Shown one piece after another: positions 36,799 through 37,297 of a DNA stretch of 37,297 nt. A program made the position numbers and the translations under genes. The first letter of the stretch is position 1. Every line of letters starts with the position of its first letter. Source of the stretch: Candidatus Tayloriibacteriota bacterium (GTDB lineage Bacteria; Patescibacteriota; Minisyncoccia; Phycocordibacterales; PALSA-1337); NCBI GenBank assembly GCA_026395105.1, contig JAPLZH010000005.1, positions 1 to 37,297 on the forward strand. Reading direction: 5' to 3'. The notes beneath the pieces are model-generated. The model had not been told where the DNA came from. It worked only from the letters and a program-made list of their open reading frames with translations, and ran no database searches.

Positions 36799-36829
36799 GA
36801 AAAGAACTAACCGCCCTAGAGGGCGGCCA
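36799..36829 (-). terminator. Intrinsic terminator after rpsO
   Basis: Stem CCGCCC-tcta-GGGCGG (36811-36826) followed by TTAGTTCTTTT on the minus strand. Confidence 0.7.
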
Positions 36830-36835
36830 GATTCT

Positions 36836-37105
36836 TTACTTTTTCTTTAATTCTAACTTTTTTGCTAAAACATTATAACGTTTAGGGTCTTTTTTGAAAA
36901 TGTATTTAATGTGAGTCTGTCTGTCCGCAACTAATCCTAAAAGTCCGCGTCTAGAGTGATTATCTTTAGCGTGTTTCTTAAGGTGAGCAGTCAATTCCTC
37001 AATTCTCTTTGTAAGAATTCCGATTTGGACCTCCGATGAACCGGTGTCTTTATCGTGCATCGCTACTTCTTTTATGATTTTTGTTTTTTTGGTCTTTGAA
37101 ATCAT
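36836..37105 (-). CDS. rpsO: 30S ribosomal protein S15
   Basis: DTGSSEVQI..LT.RI..LT.HL..H.KDNHSRRGLL. Confidence 0.99.
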   Translation of the reverse strand: MISKTKKTKIIKEVAMHDKDTGSSEVQIGILTKRIEELTAHLKKHAKDNHSRRGLLGLVADRQTHIKYIFKKDPKRYNVLAKKLELKKK

Positions 37106-37114
37106 CGTGGGATA

Positions 37115-37143
37115 ACATTAGCATACTTCCTTTTAAAATGCAA
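37115..37143 (-). promoter_or_regulatory. rpsO promoter TTGCAT-17nt-TAATGT with extended -10 TG
   Basis: Motifs read on the minus strand; the -10 ends 9 nt before the ATG. Confidence 0.6.
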
Positions 37144-37297
37144 GGGGTGGCTCTATATATCACTAGTGTCCGCTTAAAAATCCCTCCACATAGAAAAAAC
37201 CCTTAGGATAAGGGATAATATGTTTATCGAAACCATTATCAACTTAATACTGCCTAAGGGCTCTTTCGTATGCATTATTCTAGCACAATTTTTAGTC

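Overview
Chromosomal segment from a small-genome, AT-rich bacterium. Gene content, the many conserved-looking hypothetical membrane proteins and the apparently leaderless gene starts point to Patescibacteria/CPR, probably Parcubacteria (inference). It spans the predicted replication origin: dnaN <- oriC <- dnaA | rpmH-rnpA-yidC. Left of it lie a PilB/GspE ATPase, ruvB, a frameshifted Bro-N gene, yebC, ruvC, tyrS and a class A PBP. Right of it lie an 11-gene minus-strand cluster with VirB4/PrgI/VirB6/pilin-like genes (Patescibacteria-type T4SS, no relaxase or integrase in view), rsmA, pcrA, a LysM-M23 peptidase, comM, a DksA-like gene and rpsO-NYN-pnp. The most unusual elements are: (i) an unannotated ~215-nt structured element between pilB and ruvB, closed by a 26-bp inverted repeat and preceded by a candidate promoter; (ii) a perfect 13-bp inverted repeat inside the Bro-N coding sequence; (iii) AGUUUU tandem repeats in the predicted leader of the NYN-pnp ribonuclease pair; (iv) a possible IS66-type end at the left edge; (v) a DciA-like gene after dnaN. 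No rRNA, tRNA or CRISPR array was recognised.
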